The notes: generated by a model from the letters alone, not told the origin. DNA of 62,523 bases, filler included, from an uncultured bacterium (GCA_964371695.1; 14 parts of 14 records of this genome joined end to end with filler, not necessarily neighbours in it), one strand, 5' to 3'; counted from the first letter of the whole stretch, positions 8,754 through 18,415 are shown. Translations and numbers: made by a program.

Positions 8754-8975
8754 ATGCTCCTGCGATTACCCCTCCCGGTTCTTGCCCTCGCCACGCTGGC
8801 ACTGTGGCCCTGGTGGACGGAACTCTTCCACACCTGGCAACAACCAAAATTCTTGCATGCCCCTTTGGTTGCCGGCGTCAGCGCCTGGAGGATCCACTAC
8901 CAAATCCGGACCAACCCTCCCGAAGCCACGCAACCAGTTCCCAACAAAGCCGCCCTTCTCTCCATTTTCTTTTTA
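8754..8975 (+). CDS. Probable exosortase, N-terminal fragment (3' truncated)
   Basis: LW..W.EL...W...K.LHAPLV..VSAW.I...R matches the exosortase N-terminal pattern (W...Y.HG.LVP.VS.WL); lies directly after a CTERM-tagged protein. Alternative ATG at 8730. Confidence 0.65.
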
Positions 8976-9075
8976 NNNNNNNNNNNNNNNNNNNNNNNNN
9001 NNNNNNNNNNNNNNNNNNNTTAATTAATTAANNNNNNNNNNNNNNNNNNNNNNNNNNNNNNNNNNNNNNNNNNNN

Positions 9076-9553
9076 CCAGGGCGCGGGCAATGGCCACCCG
9101 TTGGCGCTGACCGCCGGAAAGCTGGTTGGGACGGTGATGGGCGCGGTCGGCCAACCCCACCATCTCCAGCGCATTTTTGGCTTTGGTGCGGGGGGCGGAC
9201 GACCCGGCGTAGAGCATGGGCAGGGCCACATTGTCCAGGGCGTTCAGGCGGGGCAGCAGGTTAAAGCTCTGGAACACAAAACCGATCTGCCGGTTGCGCA
9301 ACTGGGCCAGACGGTTGCGGCCCAGACCCGCCACGTTTTCGCCGCTCAGGTGCAGGGTGCCTTCATCGGGTGAGTCCAGGCAACCCAGCACGTTCATGAG
9401 GGTGCTCTTGCCGCTGCCCGACGGCCCGATGATGGCGATCATCTCTCCCCGGTTCACCGAAAAAGACACGTCATCCAGCGCCTTGATGAGGTCTCCCCCC
9501 AGCGAGAAGGATTTCATCAGCCCTTTGGCCTCGATGACGGCAGAATCGCTCAA
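9076..9553 (-). CDS. ABC transporter ATP-binding protein, MacB/LolD family (3' truncated)
   Basis: GPSGSGKST, IGFVFQSFNLL, LSGGQRQRVAIARAL. Confidence 0.95.
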
Positions 9554-9554
9554 C

Positions 9555-11084
9555 TCAGCGCCCACCTGCGCCCTGGTAACGCGCCGCGCCGTTCCCGCCC
9601 TGGGGCTGCTGTTGCCAACTGCTGCTGCCGGCGGATTGCATGAGCAACACTTCGTCACCTTCTTCCAGGCCCTCCAGAATCTCGATCATGTTGCCGTCGG
9701 TGAGACCCGTTTTAACCCGGATGGGGAAACCCACCGGCTCGGTGGAACCTTGTCCGTTGCCGCTGCCAGCGCCGCCGTTTCTGCCGCCGCCCTGGCCGCT
9801 CCGGCCCCCTCTTGGGCCGCCACCCATGGGGCCGGGAAAGAGGCTGGGGGAGCGCCCCGCGCCGCCCTGCGCGCCGGGGCTGCCCGGCGGGCCGGTGGGT
9901 TGGGGGTTCCAGGGCAGGTTGCCGTCAGGGGTTTCGCCGGGTTTGGGAGGGCGCATCACCCAGGTCTCGGCCCCAAACCGGCGGATGGCCGTCACCGGCA
10001 ACACCCGCGCACCAAACACCTTGTCCACAATTATCCCCACGTTGGTGGTCATCTGGGGTTTGAGCAGGTGTTTGTTTTTGTCCAGCACCTCGATTTTCAC
10101 TTCAAAGGTCACCACGTTCTGCACCACCACGCCCTTGGGGGCCACGCGGCTCACCTTGCCGCGAAACTCCCGGTCGGCGTAAGCATCTGCCGTGATGAGC
10201 ACGCTCATGCCGGGGCGCACGCGGGCCACCTGGCTTTCGTCCACCTGGGCGTTGATGAAAATGCGGGAGATGTCCGAGAGAGTCATCACCGTGGTGCCGC
10301 CCCCCACGTTGCTGATGCCAGAAGCCACAATCTGCCCCTCTTGCACTGGCAACACCGTGATGACGCCGCTCATGGGGGCGAACAGGCGGGTTTCCGCCAG
10401 CCGCTCCAGTGTGTCGTCCAGACTCAGTCGGTCGGCCTGCACCTGGGCCTCGGCGGTTTTTATCTCCAGGCGTTTCAGGGCCAGGGCCTGTTCCTGCGTG
10501 GCCAGTTCCCGGATACGCAGCCGGGTGTTCTGAAGCGTGATGGCCGACTGCGACACGGTGGTGCGGGCGGTTTCCCATTGCTCGATGCTGGCGAACTCCT
10601 GATGATAAAGCTGGTCTACACGCTGGGCCTTGGCCTGGGCGTCTGACAGCGCCACCTGGGCCGAGGACACCGCCTGGGCCGCCTTGTCGCGCTCTACCCG
10701 CAGCTCGGCCTTGGCCACTTCCAGGTCTTTGCGCGCCTTTTCGGCGCGGGCCAGGGAGACCGACAACGCATTTTGGGCCTGCTGCACACGCCGTTCTTCA
10801 TTGGCGGGGTCCAGTTCAATCAGCAACTGGCCGTGGCGCACGCGGTCGCCCGCCTCAAAGGGCAGGTGCACGATTTCACCGCTGGCCTTGCTCTTGATGT
10901 CCACGTCGCGGTTCGACACCACCTGACCGGTGGCCTCTACCTTCACCAGCAGGTCACCCCGGCTGACTTTTACGGTTTCTCCCTGGGCGGCGGCTTCGGG
11001 CTGTTTTTCGGTTTTTCGCCCCCGCAGCCAGACGCCCACGGCCACCAGGGCCAGCAGGGGAAGAATCCAGATCAGCTTTTTCAA
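9555..11084 (-). CDS. Efflux periplasmic adaptor (MacA/HlyD-family membrane fusion protein)
   Basis: N-terminal TM; ATG.V, SKASGEI, alpha-hairpin, APMSGVI, VDE..V..V.PG, KTGL.DG..IEILEGLEEGDEV; Gly/Pro-rich insert. Confidence 0.92.
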   Translation of the reverse strand: MKKLIWILPLLALVAVGVWLRGRKTEKQPEAAAQGETVKVSRGDLLVKVEATGQVVSNRDVDIKSKASGEIVHLPFEAGDRVRHGQLLIELDPANEERRVQQAQNALSVSLARAEKARKDLEVAKAELRVERDKAAQAVSSAQVALSDAQAKAQRVDQLYHQEFASIEQWETARTTVSQSAITLQNTRLRIRELATQEQALALKRLEIKTAEAQVQADRLSLDDTLERLAETRLFAPMSGVITVLPVQEGQIVASGISNVGGGTTVMTLSDISRIFINAQVDESQVARVRPGMSVLITADAYADREFRGKVSRVAPKGVVVQNVVTFEVKIEVLDKNKHLLKPQMTTNVGIIVDKVFGARVLPVTAIRRFGAETWVMRPPKPGETPDGNLPWNPQPTGPPGSPGAQGGAGRSPSLFPGPMGGGPRGGRSGQGGGRNGGAGSGNGQGSTEPVGFPIRVKTGLTDGNMIEILEGLEEGDEVLLMQSAGSSSWQQQPQGGNGAARYQGAGGR

Positions 11085-11258
11085 CCAGCACCTCCGGCGG
11101 CGCAGGCGCGCCTGCCCGCAGCTTAGACGGTGAATGGCCGGTTTGGGTTTAGGCCGTTTTTTTTAACGAGACAAAATCGGCAACTTTCTCACCCCGACCA
11201 GCCAACTATTTATGATGTTCCCCTCCCATGAAAAAAATCCACCCTTGTTGGGGTCGCC

Positions 11259-13430
11259 ATGACAGGCCGTGAGGGCGGCGGCTTCGCCTCCATCAAATAT
11301 AGCCTGCTGAGCCTGCTCAAAAGCGGCAGGCCGGTGGAAATGACGCGGCGCATGCTCTCGCGCAACACCTGCAAGAACTGCGCCCTGGGCATGGGGGGGC
11401 AGTCGGGCGGCATGCGCAACGAGGCGGGGCATTTTCCGGAGGTGTGCAAAAAATCGTTTCAGGCCATGAAAAGCGACATGGCCCCGCCGCTGGCGGCAGA
11501 TTTTTTTGAACGCCACAGCCTGAGTGATTTGGCGGCTCTGTCGCCCCGCCAGTTGGAGGCCCACGGTCGGCTGGCTTATCCCGTGCTGGCCGGGCCGGGA
11601 GACACCCATTACCGGCGTATTTCCTGGACAGAAGCCTTTGACCAGATGGCCGCCGCTTTTGGGGCCGCCCAGCCCCAGCAGACCGCGTTTTATTCTTCGG
11701 GCCGCAGCGGCAACGAAGCCGCTTTTGTGCTGCAACTGCTGGCGCGGGCCCTGGGTGTCAACAACGTGAACAACTGCTCGTTTTATTGCCATCAGGCCAG
11801 CGGTGTGGGGCTGTCGCAGGCCCTGGGCACCAGCACCGGCACCATCACGCTCGATGACCTGCACCACGCGGATTTCGCCCTGGTGTTTGGCGCGAACGCC
11901 GCCAGCAATCATCCGCGCCTGCTCAGTCATCTGGTGTCGCTGCGCCAGCGGGGCGGCCGGGTGGTGGTGGTCAATCCGCTGCGCGAGCCGGGCATGGTGC
12001 GGTTTCGCCTGCCCTCGCGCCCCAAAAGCCTGCTGCTGGGCGACGACGTGTGTGATCTTTATGTGCAGCCCACGGTGGGGGGCGACATTGCCCTCATTCA
12101 CGGCGTCATCAAGGCGCTGCTTGAAACAGGCGGCGTGGACGAAGTTTTCATACGGGAAAAAACCGAAGGCTTCGGGGCTTTGCGCACGCTGGTGCTGGCG
12201 CTGGACTGGCCCACGCTGACGCAGGCAAGCGGCGTGGACGAAAAAACCATGCGGGAACTCGCCGCCCTGCTGGCCCAGGCCAGGGCGGCGGTGTTTTTGT
12301 GGGCCATGGGCATCACCCATCACGCCCATGGGGTGGACAACGTGCTGGCCATTGTGAATCTTGCCCTGGTGCGGGGCATGGTGGGCAAACCCCACGCGGG
12401 GCTGATGCCCATCAGGGGCCACAGCAACGTGCAGGGCATCGGCAGCATGGGCGTGGCCCCCACACTCAAACAACAGACCGCCGAGGCCATGTCGCGGCTC
12501 TATGGCGTGACCACGCCTGAGACCCCCGGCCTGGACACCTGGGCCATGATGCAGGCGGCCGGGCGTGGTGAGCTGAGGGCGCTGTTGCTGCTGGGGGGCA
12601 ACCTGCACGGCGCAAGCCCCGAACCGGCAGATTTTGAGCGGGCCATCCGCCGCGTGGGGCTGGTGGTGCATCTGGCCACCAAGCTCAACACCGGCCACGG
12701 GCGTGGCCTGGGGCAAACCACGCTGCTGTTGCCCGTGCTGAGCCGCGAAGAAGAACCGCAACCCACCACCCAGGAGAGCACCTTCAGTTTTGTGCGTCTT
12801 TCCAGCGGCGGCCACCGTGGCCCCGGCGAGGCAAAAAGCGAAATCGAAATATTGGCCACACTGGCGGCCCGCCTGTTGCCCGCCGGGCGGGTGGACTGGG
12901 CCAGTCTGGCGGATACCCGCAACGTGCGGCGCATGATCGGCCAAGTGGTGACGGGGTTCGAGGCGCTGCCCCAACTGGACGAAGGCGGCAAGGAGTTTCA
13001 CGTGCCGGGGCGTGCGCTCAACAACGGGGTGTTCCCCACCGTCACGGGCAAGGCGCTTTTTTCTGCCGTGCCGTTGCCCCGTTTCAGCAACCCGCCCGGC
13101 ACGCTGCGGCTCATGACCATCCGCAGCGAAGGCCAGTTCAACACCGTGGTGTTTGAAGACGAAGACCGTTACCGGGGCATGACCCGGCGGGACGTGATTC
13201 TGATGCACCCCGAAGACGCCGCCGCCCTGGGGGTGGGGCCGACAGACCGGGTGTGTGTGAAAAGCGAACTGGCCGAGATGACCGGCATCACCGTGGCGTT
13301 TTTTGACATCGCCCGTGGCTGCGTGGCCATGTATTACCCCGAAGCCAATGTGCTGGTGCCGGGACATCTGGACCCGGCCTCACGCACACCGGCGTTCAAA
13401 CACGTGCCGGTGTGGGTGCGGCGGGAGTGA
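11259..13430 (+). CDS. FdhF/YdeP family molybdopterin oxidoreductase
   Basis: CKNCALG, FYSSGRSGNEA, NNCSFYCHQASG, WAMGITHH, RGHSNVQG, TIRSEGQFNT, YYPEANVL. Confidence 0.93.
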   Translation: MTGREGGGFASIKYSLLSLLKSGRPVEMTRRMLSRNTCKNCALGMGGQSGGMRNEAGHFPEVCKKSFQAMKSDMAPPLAADFFERHSLSDLAALSPRQLEAHGRLAYPVLAGPGDTHYRRISWTEAFDQMAAAFGAAQPQQTAFYSSGRSGNEAAFVLQLLARALGVNNVNNCSFYCHQASGVGLSQALGTSTGTITLDDLHHADFALVFGANAASNHPRLLSHLVSLRQRGGRVVVVNPLREPGMVRFRLPSRPKSLLLGDDVCDLYVQPTVGGDIALIHGVIKALLETGGVDEVFIREKTEGFGALRTLVLALDWPTLTQASGVDEKTMRELAALLAQARAAVFLWAMGITHHAHGVDNVLAIVNLALVRGMVGKPHAGLMPIRGHSNVQGIGSMGVAPTLKQQTAEAMSRLYGVTTPETPGLDTWAMMQAAGRGELRALLLLGGNLHGASPEPADFERAIRRVGLVVHLATKLNTGHGRGLGQTTLLLPVLSREEEPQPTTQESTFSFVRLSSGGHRGPGEAKSEIEILATLAARLLPAGRVDWASLADTRNVRRMIGQVVTGFEALPQLDEGGKEFHVPGRALNNGVFPTVTGKALFSAVPLPRFSNPPGTLRLMTIRSEGQFNTVVFEDEDRYRGMTRRDVILMHPEDAAALGVGPTDRVCVKSELAEMTGITVAFFDIARGCVAMYYPEANVLVPGHLDPASRTPAFKHVPVWVRRE

Positions 13431-13645
13431 GGGGTCTTTTATACATGGCGACGTAAATCATGCCGAATGCGGCAGAGGTTTCTCACCCGGTTTTGACTGG
13501 CGATGCCNNNNNNNNNNNNNNNNNNNNNNNNNNNNNNNNNNNNNNNNNNNNTTAATTAATTAANNNNNNNNNNNNNNNNNNNNNNNNNNNNNNNNNNNNN
13601 NNNNNNNGTATACTGGTGTCCGGTTTTTGAAAGTGGAGGTGTTTT

Positions 13646-13897
13646 ATGGCCGCCGAGTGGAGCCATCTGCCAGACAGTGACGTGCATACCCTTCAGGGGG
13701 ACATGTGGCATGCCCGTGTTTCGCCCCACAGCAGCAAACCCGACGGCGAGGTGGCGTTCTGGATTCTGGAACTGAAAAACATGCTGCACCAGACCAAAAA
13801 AATCGCCCATTTCGCCAAGCTGGAAGACGCCCTCTGCGAAGGCGAAGCCGCCATCACCGGCGGTGAAACCCAAAAACTCTACGCGCTGAATCTGTAA
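13646..13897 (+). CDS. Small hypothetical protein (83 aa)
   Basis: GGAGG RBS upstream and GC-rich-genome codon bias; no recognisable family. Confidence 0.7.
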   Translation: MAAEWSHLPDSDVHTLQGDMWHARVSPHSSKPDGEVAFWILELKNMLHQTKKIAHFAKLEDALCEGEAAITGGETQKLYALNL

Positions 13898-13919
13898 ACC
13901 TTCATTTCGCCTTTTTTTG

Positions 13920-14203
13920 GAGTAGGCGCGGTGTCCACACCGCGCACAGGCCGCAAAAAATCAAGGGTTTTTGCCCTTTGCGGCGACGGGGGCGTCGCCG
14001 CTGCTCCCGTAAGGCCAGTGGTTCATTTGGTTAAAAATGAGGAGTAGGTGCGGTGTCCCCACCGCACTATGACAGCAGCGATGGGGACATCGCTGCTACT
14101 CATTTTGAGTCGAATGAACCAGTAGTTTGCGAGGAGTTTTTTCAGATGCCCATTGGGGCATCTGGCCGAGCAAAGGTGATAGCGACACCGCCGCTACTCC
14201 GTA
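13920..14203. repeat. REP family C cluster (GTAGGCGCGGTGTCCNCACCGC / GTAGCGGCGATGTCCCCATCGC doublets)
   Basis: Doublets at about 13922-14010, 14041-14100, 22342-22402, 23757-23818, 37553-37643 and 51343-51430. Confidence 0.85.
14017..14124. mobile_element. About 108-bp MITE (TIR TGGTTCAT) enclosing a family C REP doublet
   Basis: A near-identical inverted copy lies at about 22319-22426 on another contig. Confidence 0.8.
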
Positions 14204-14206
14204 AGG

Positions 14207-14974
14207 TTACGCTATGCCAAGCGTAGCCAGAAACTCACCCACGAGCTGCGTGATCAGCGCCGGGGCCTCCAGCATCAGCATGTGACCCGCGCCGGGCACC
14301 AGTTGCACCGTGGCGCGGGGCAGGTGCTGCCCCAGCCAGTCGGCAAAACGCGGGGGCGTCATGGTGTCGTGTTCGCCGCACAGCACCAGCACGGGGCAGG
14401 TGATTTCCGACACCCGTTCCCGAATGTCAAACCGCCCGCAAAGTTCAAAATCGTGTTGCACCCGCTGCTGACCCGCCAGGGCCATGGCTTTTTTGGCCGA
14501 GGCCACCAGCGCAGGAGCGGCCCCCGGCGCAAACACCGCCGGTGTGCCCATCTCTACAAAAACCTCGAAATCCTGCTGCAACAACTGGCCAAGGGCCGGA
14601 CTCACACCCAGCTTGGCCCCGCTGCCCAAAAGCACCAGGGCGCTTATCCGCTCAGGGGCCAGCAGTGCCGCACTCAGCGCCACGCCGCCCCCCATGCTGT
14701 GGCCGCACAACACGGCGCGGTCCACACCGGTTTCGTCCATGGCTCGCAAAAGGGCGCGGGCGTTGTCCTCCACGCTCGCCGCCAGCGGGCCTTTGTGGCG
14801 ACCGTGGCCGGGCAGGTCCACCGGCACGCAGTTGATGACGGGTTTGAGCAGGCGCGCCAAGCCCAGAAAGTGCTGATGGTTGCCCCCCGCGCCGTGCAGC
14901 ATCCACAGGGCGTTTTCTCCCACGGGCTGGGCGGCGGGATAAACAAAACAGTCCGAAAGGCCGAGGGGTTTCAT
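14207..14974 (-). CDS. Alpha/beta fold hydrolase
   Basis: LHGAGG, DLPGHG, GHSMGG nucleophile elbow, GEHD, GAGH. Confidence 0.93.
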   Translation of the reverse strand: MKPLGLSDCFVYPAAQPVGENALWMLHGAGGNHQHFLGLARLLKPVINCVPVDLPGHGRHKGPLAASVEDNARALLRAMDETGVDRAVLCGHSMGGGVALSAALLAPERISALVLLGSGAKLGVSPALGQLLQQDFEVFVEMGTPAVFAPGAAPALVASAKKAMALAGQQRVQHDFELCGRFDIRERVSEITCPVLVLCGEHDTMTPPRFADWLGQHLPRATVQLVPGAGHMLMLEAPALITQLVGEFLATLGIA

Positions 14975-15133
14975 GGCTGAAACTGAGAGATGCCTGGAGG
15001 GAGCAATTTTACCTGAGTAACGGCGATGCCTTCATCCCAGTGAAGAACAAAATGGTTTTTGATTTTTGTTTGACCCCTCACCCCAACCCTCTCCCCATAA
15101 AGGGGAGAGGGGGAAAAACCACCCGCCTCCGCG

Positions 15134-16270
15134 TTACTTCTTTTTGGCCTTGGCCTTGGCGGCGGTTTTTTTCTTCTTGGGCTTGTCGTCGTCTTCTTCT
15201 TCCTCCTCGGCCTCTTCGGGGTCAAAATCCGGCTCATCGTCTTCTTCGACAAACTCGTCGTCTTCGCCCCCCCGGGGGGCCAGTTGCTGGGCCAGCATGC
15301 CCAGGCGGGACTCGTTCTTTTTGTAGCCTTCGATGTCCTCAAAGTTCACGGCGCTGTTCACGCCGCCTTTTTTGGTGAGGCTGATGGCCGCCGTGAGGTT
15401 GGCGAACTCCACCGATTCATGCAGGGTGAGTCCCCCCAGATAGGCATAGAGAAACGCCGCGTCGAACACTTCGCCCACGCCGGTGGTGTCGGCGATGTGC
15501 TCGCGGGGCATGGGCTCGGCCCGCACCACGTCTTTGGCGCCTTCGCGGTAAATCACCGCGCCCTCGGCCCCCTGCTTGAGGCTCACGAACTTCATGTCGC
15601 GGCTGGCGATCAGCTCGCGGCAGGCGCGCTCGGCGCTGGGGTTGTCCATGAGCAACTGCGGTTCGTTGCCGCTGGGCAGCAGAATGTCGGTCATGGCCAG
15701 AATGGGCTCGCACTGGCGGCGGAAGGTGGCGGGCGAGAGCAGTTCCTCGCGGTAGTTCGGGTCAAACACGATCTTGCCGTCCTGCGCCTTCACGCGGCGG
15801 GCCAGTTCCACAATCAGTTCATAGATGTTCTTGTGGAAAAATGACGACCCGCTGATGAAGAAATACTCCACGCCCCGCACCACTTCATCCAGGTCGAAGT
15901 TTTCGATGGCGGGCTGGCCCGCCGCCGAGCGTTGCAGGTGATAGACGAAGTGTTTGGTTTCGTCGCTGAGATAGGTGATGAACCCCATGCCGGTGGTGTA
16001 ACGCGCCACGGGCATCACCCAGTTGGTTTTCAGGCCGGCCTTGCCCAGACGTTCCAGCACGTATTTGCCGAACTCGTCCTCGCCAATGCCACCCAAAAAG
16101 CTCACCTCCACACCCAGGCGGGCCATGGCGGCGGCAAAGTTCACCGGCGCCCCCCCCACGTGGGGGCCATGGAAGGTGCCGTCTTCTGTCAGGCGGATAT
16201 CCCGTTCTTCACGGATGAATTCCACCATGACTTCGCCGGCGGTGAGAATGCGGACAGTCGAAAGACTCAC
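15134..16270 (-). CDS. PfkB-family sugar kinase-like protein with acidic-then-basic C-terminal tail
   Basis: GEVMVEF, GGAPVNFA..MARLG, G.DEFG, FDPNYR, DTTGVGEVF. GTG start at 16270 with AGGAG RBS. Confidence 0.88.
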   Translation of the reverse strand: MSLSTVRILTAGEVMVEFIREERDIRLTEDGTFHGPHVGGAPVNFAAAMARLGVEVSFLGGIGEDEFGKYVLERLGKAGLKTNWVMPVARYTTGMGFITYLSDETKHFVYHLQRSAAGQPAIENFDLDEVVRGVEYFFISGSSFFHKNIYELIVELARRVKAQDGKIVFDPNYREELLSPATFRRQCEPILAMTDILLPSGNEPQLLMDNPSAERACRELIASRDMKFVSLKQGAEGAVIYREGAKDVVRAEPMPREHIADTTGVGEVFDAAFLYAYLGGLTLHESVEFANLTAAISLTKKGGVNSAVNFEDIEGYKKNESRLGMLAQQLAPRGGEDDEFVEEDDEPDFDPEEAEEEEEDDDKPKKKKTAAKAKAKKK

Positions 16271-16364
16271 GCTTGCTCCTTTCCTCCTCGGCAACAGCCG
16301 GGAGCAGTCGGGGTAGTTTAGTGGGGGCTGGGGGCGGCGCAAGCATCTTTATTGCCGGCTGGGG

Positions 16365-17231
16365 GTGTGTTATGGTTTTTGGTCCATCTGGACCCCCACG
16401 GAGAGACTCATCGCTTACTTCACGGAAAAAGAAACGCTTTCGCTGCTTAAAGACACAGGCTTTGCGGTGACACCAGCCAAACTCAAGGTCTGGCTGGCGA
16501 CCCATGGCGGTTTTGTGGGCCCCAAAGACAAAAACGGCAAGCCGGTGTTTGAAGACGACGCCCTGCTGCGCCTCAAGGTGCTGGCCCGACTCTATGCCAA
16601 GGGCCACAGCGAGGCTTTCATCCGCGAACTGCTCGCCCACAGCAAACCCGGTCAGGCGCTGTTCGACGCTGTGCTGGGCAGCGGCCCGGCTGCTCCCGCC
16701 CCTGCCCCCGTGCGGGCTGCCGCCCCTGCCCACCATGAAACCTCCTTCGCCCTCTCTCAGGCCCTGCTGCTGCTGGCGGACCTGCACGAAAAAATTTCGC
16801 GCCCAGCGCCACCGCCCCCGCCCCCAGGTGTGGGGCAAAAAGACATCAAGGCTCTCGAAACCCATCTGGACGACCTGCTCAAGGTGATTGGCCAGCATCT
16901 GGAACAGCACCTGCACCAGTTGCGCACACAACGCCACGAAAGCCGCGTGGTGCTTGAATCGGTGGACGGCCGACTGGAAGTGGTGGACAAACGCCTGCGG
17001 GAGTTTCTGCGCACCGCCGACACCGCCCAGGAAGACCAGCGCGCCATGCTCGAAGACGCCGTGCATTCGCTGTCTGGCCTCAAGGGTCAGGTGGCGGCGC
17101 TGGAAGAAGCCCAGAATCAGGCCAAGGAAATGCACCACCGCATGGTGAGCGAAACCCGCAACCTGCTGCGCAGCCTGGAAGAAACCGACCCCGCCGAGCG
17201 GCGCAACTGGATACGCGGCCTGAAAAAGTAA
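16365..17231 (+). CDS. MerR-like HTH protein with Pro linker and C-terminal coiled coil
   Basis: T.KE....L......LK.W.......P.D.NG.PVF.DDAL..LK.L..LY..G.S...I..LL; heptad-rich C-terminal half; ends RRNWIRGLKK. Start uncertain (possibly 16410). Confidence 0.65.
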   Translation: MCYGFWSIWTPTERLIAYFTEKETLSLLKDTGFAVTPAKLKVWLATHGGFVGPKDKNGKPVFEDDALLRLKVLARLYAKGHSEAFIRELLAHSKPGQALFDAVLGSGPAAPAPAPVRAAAPAHHETSFALSQALLLLADLHEKISRPAPPPPPPGVGQKDIKALETHLDDLLKVIGQHLEQHLHQLRTQRHESRVVLESVDGRLEVVDKRLREFLRTADTAQEDQRAMLEDAVHSLSGLKGQVAALEEAQNQAKEMHHRMVSETRNLLRSLEETDPAERRNWIRGLKK

Positions 17232-17321
17232 TCTGCGGCGTCAAAAAAAGGACTATTTTAGCCTTAATTTAATTTCTCTCTTTACTTTGTATATCACTTC
17301 CGTTCAAAATCCCCGGCTCGT

Positions 17322-17942
17322 ATGGGACGCACCAGTGACGCGAAAGAACGCCTTCTAAAGGCCGCCGAGGAGCTTTTTTATGCCAGTGGTTATCACCAGG
17401 TGGGCGTGGCCGACCTGTGCAAGGCAGCAGGTGTCAAAAAAGGGAGTTTTTATTACTTTTTTGACAGCAAGCAGGAGCTGGCCCTGACGATGCTGGATTC
17501 CCTTTGGGAAAAAACCAAAAAAGACTATCTGGAGCCGATTTTTGCACCTTCCCGCCCGCCGGTGGCCCGTGTGAAGCACTATTTTGCCGCGTTGGCGGAA
17601 TGGGCGGAGATGGACATGGAAATGCCGTTCAAGGGGTGTCCCTTTGGCAATCTGGGTGTGGAACTGAGCCTGGGGGATGAATCGGTGCGCCTGAAGCTGA
17701 CACAGATTTTTGACGAGTACGCGGCCTATTTTGAAACCGCCATGAACGAGGCCGTGGCGGCGGGAGAAGTGCATCTTGCCGACATTCCCCTGGTGGCCAA
17801 GGCCATGGTGGCCTATGCCCAAGGCCTGATGGTGCTGGCCAAAACCCGTCAGGACCCCGCCCTGGTGCGCCAGTTGGGGGGCTTGGCCAGCCGCCTGTGG
17901 GACAACCCCGCCCTCATCACCGCCGCCACACGCGGGGCGTGA
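17322..17942 (+). CDS. TetR/AcrR family transcriptional regulator (NemR-like)
   Basis: LL.AA.ELF...GY..VGV.DLC..AGV.KGSFYYFF.SK; GCPFGNL. Confidence 0.95.
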   Translation: MGRTSDAKERLLKAAEELFYASGYHQVGVADLCKAAGVKKGSFYYFFDSKQELALTMLDSLWEKTKKDYLEPIFAPSRPPVARVKHYFAALAEWAEMDMEMPFKGCPFGNLGVELSLGDESVRLKLTQIFDEYAAYFETAMNEAVAAGEVHLADIPLVAKAMVAYAQGLMVLAKTRQDPALVRQLGGLASRLWDNPALITAATRGA

Positions 17943-17980
17943 GCGCGGGTTGAGACCCCTATGGCTGTTCGCTTGATCTG

Positions 17981-18032
17981 AGAGCCTGTTTGAAAAGTGG
18001 GTTATGTGAAACATGGCCCACTTTGGACAGGC
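17981..18032. repeat. Short IS-end-like palindrome (AGAGCCTGTTT...ACAGGC)
   Basis: A second copy at about 36184-36236 shares the internal AAAAGTGGG...AAACATGGCCC. Confidence 0.6.
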
Positions 18033-18415
18033 NNNNNNNNNNNNNNNNNNNNNNNNNNNNNNNNNNNNNNNNNNNNTTAATTAATTAANNNNNNNNNNNN
18101 NNNNNNNNNNNNNNNNNNNNNNNNNNNNNNNNAAGCGGGAATCCAGTCAAAGCAATAAACACCACACCTATTTCTGTTCTATTTCAGTGGGGCCAGTAGC
18201 CACGGGCGTCTCGCCTGTGGTCTTGCCCGCCCCACGGTCGCTCGCGCCACAACCAAAAGGAAAAAAAGAGGTTTGCCTATATCTGACTGGATTCCCGCTT
18301 TCGCGGGAATGACGGCAGCAGGGCGTCGGTTGACTTATGTAAATGCCATTGGGTCAAGTGACCGAAACCAGATGGAGCATGCATTCTGGAAGGTTATCCT
18401 GTATGGCAATCATTC

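Noticed and set aside
11163-13367. Long antisense ORFs (also 9216-10646, 29815-31464, 37705-39282, 60079-61353)
   Set aside because: Shadow frames opposite well-supported genes, as expected at high GC.
13920-14203. Clustered palindromic repeats as a possible CRISPR array
   Set aside because: The repeats are inverted, variable and dispersed, with no constant repeat-spacer periodicity and no cas genes.
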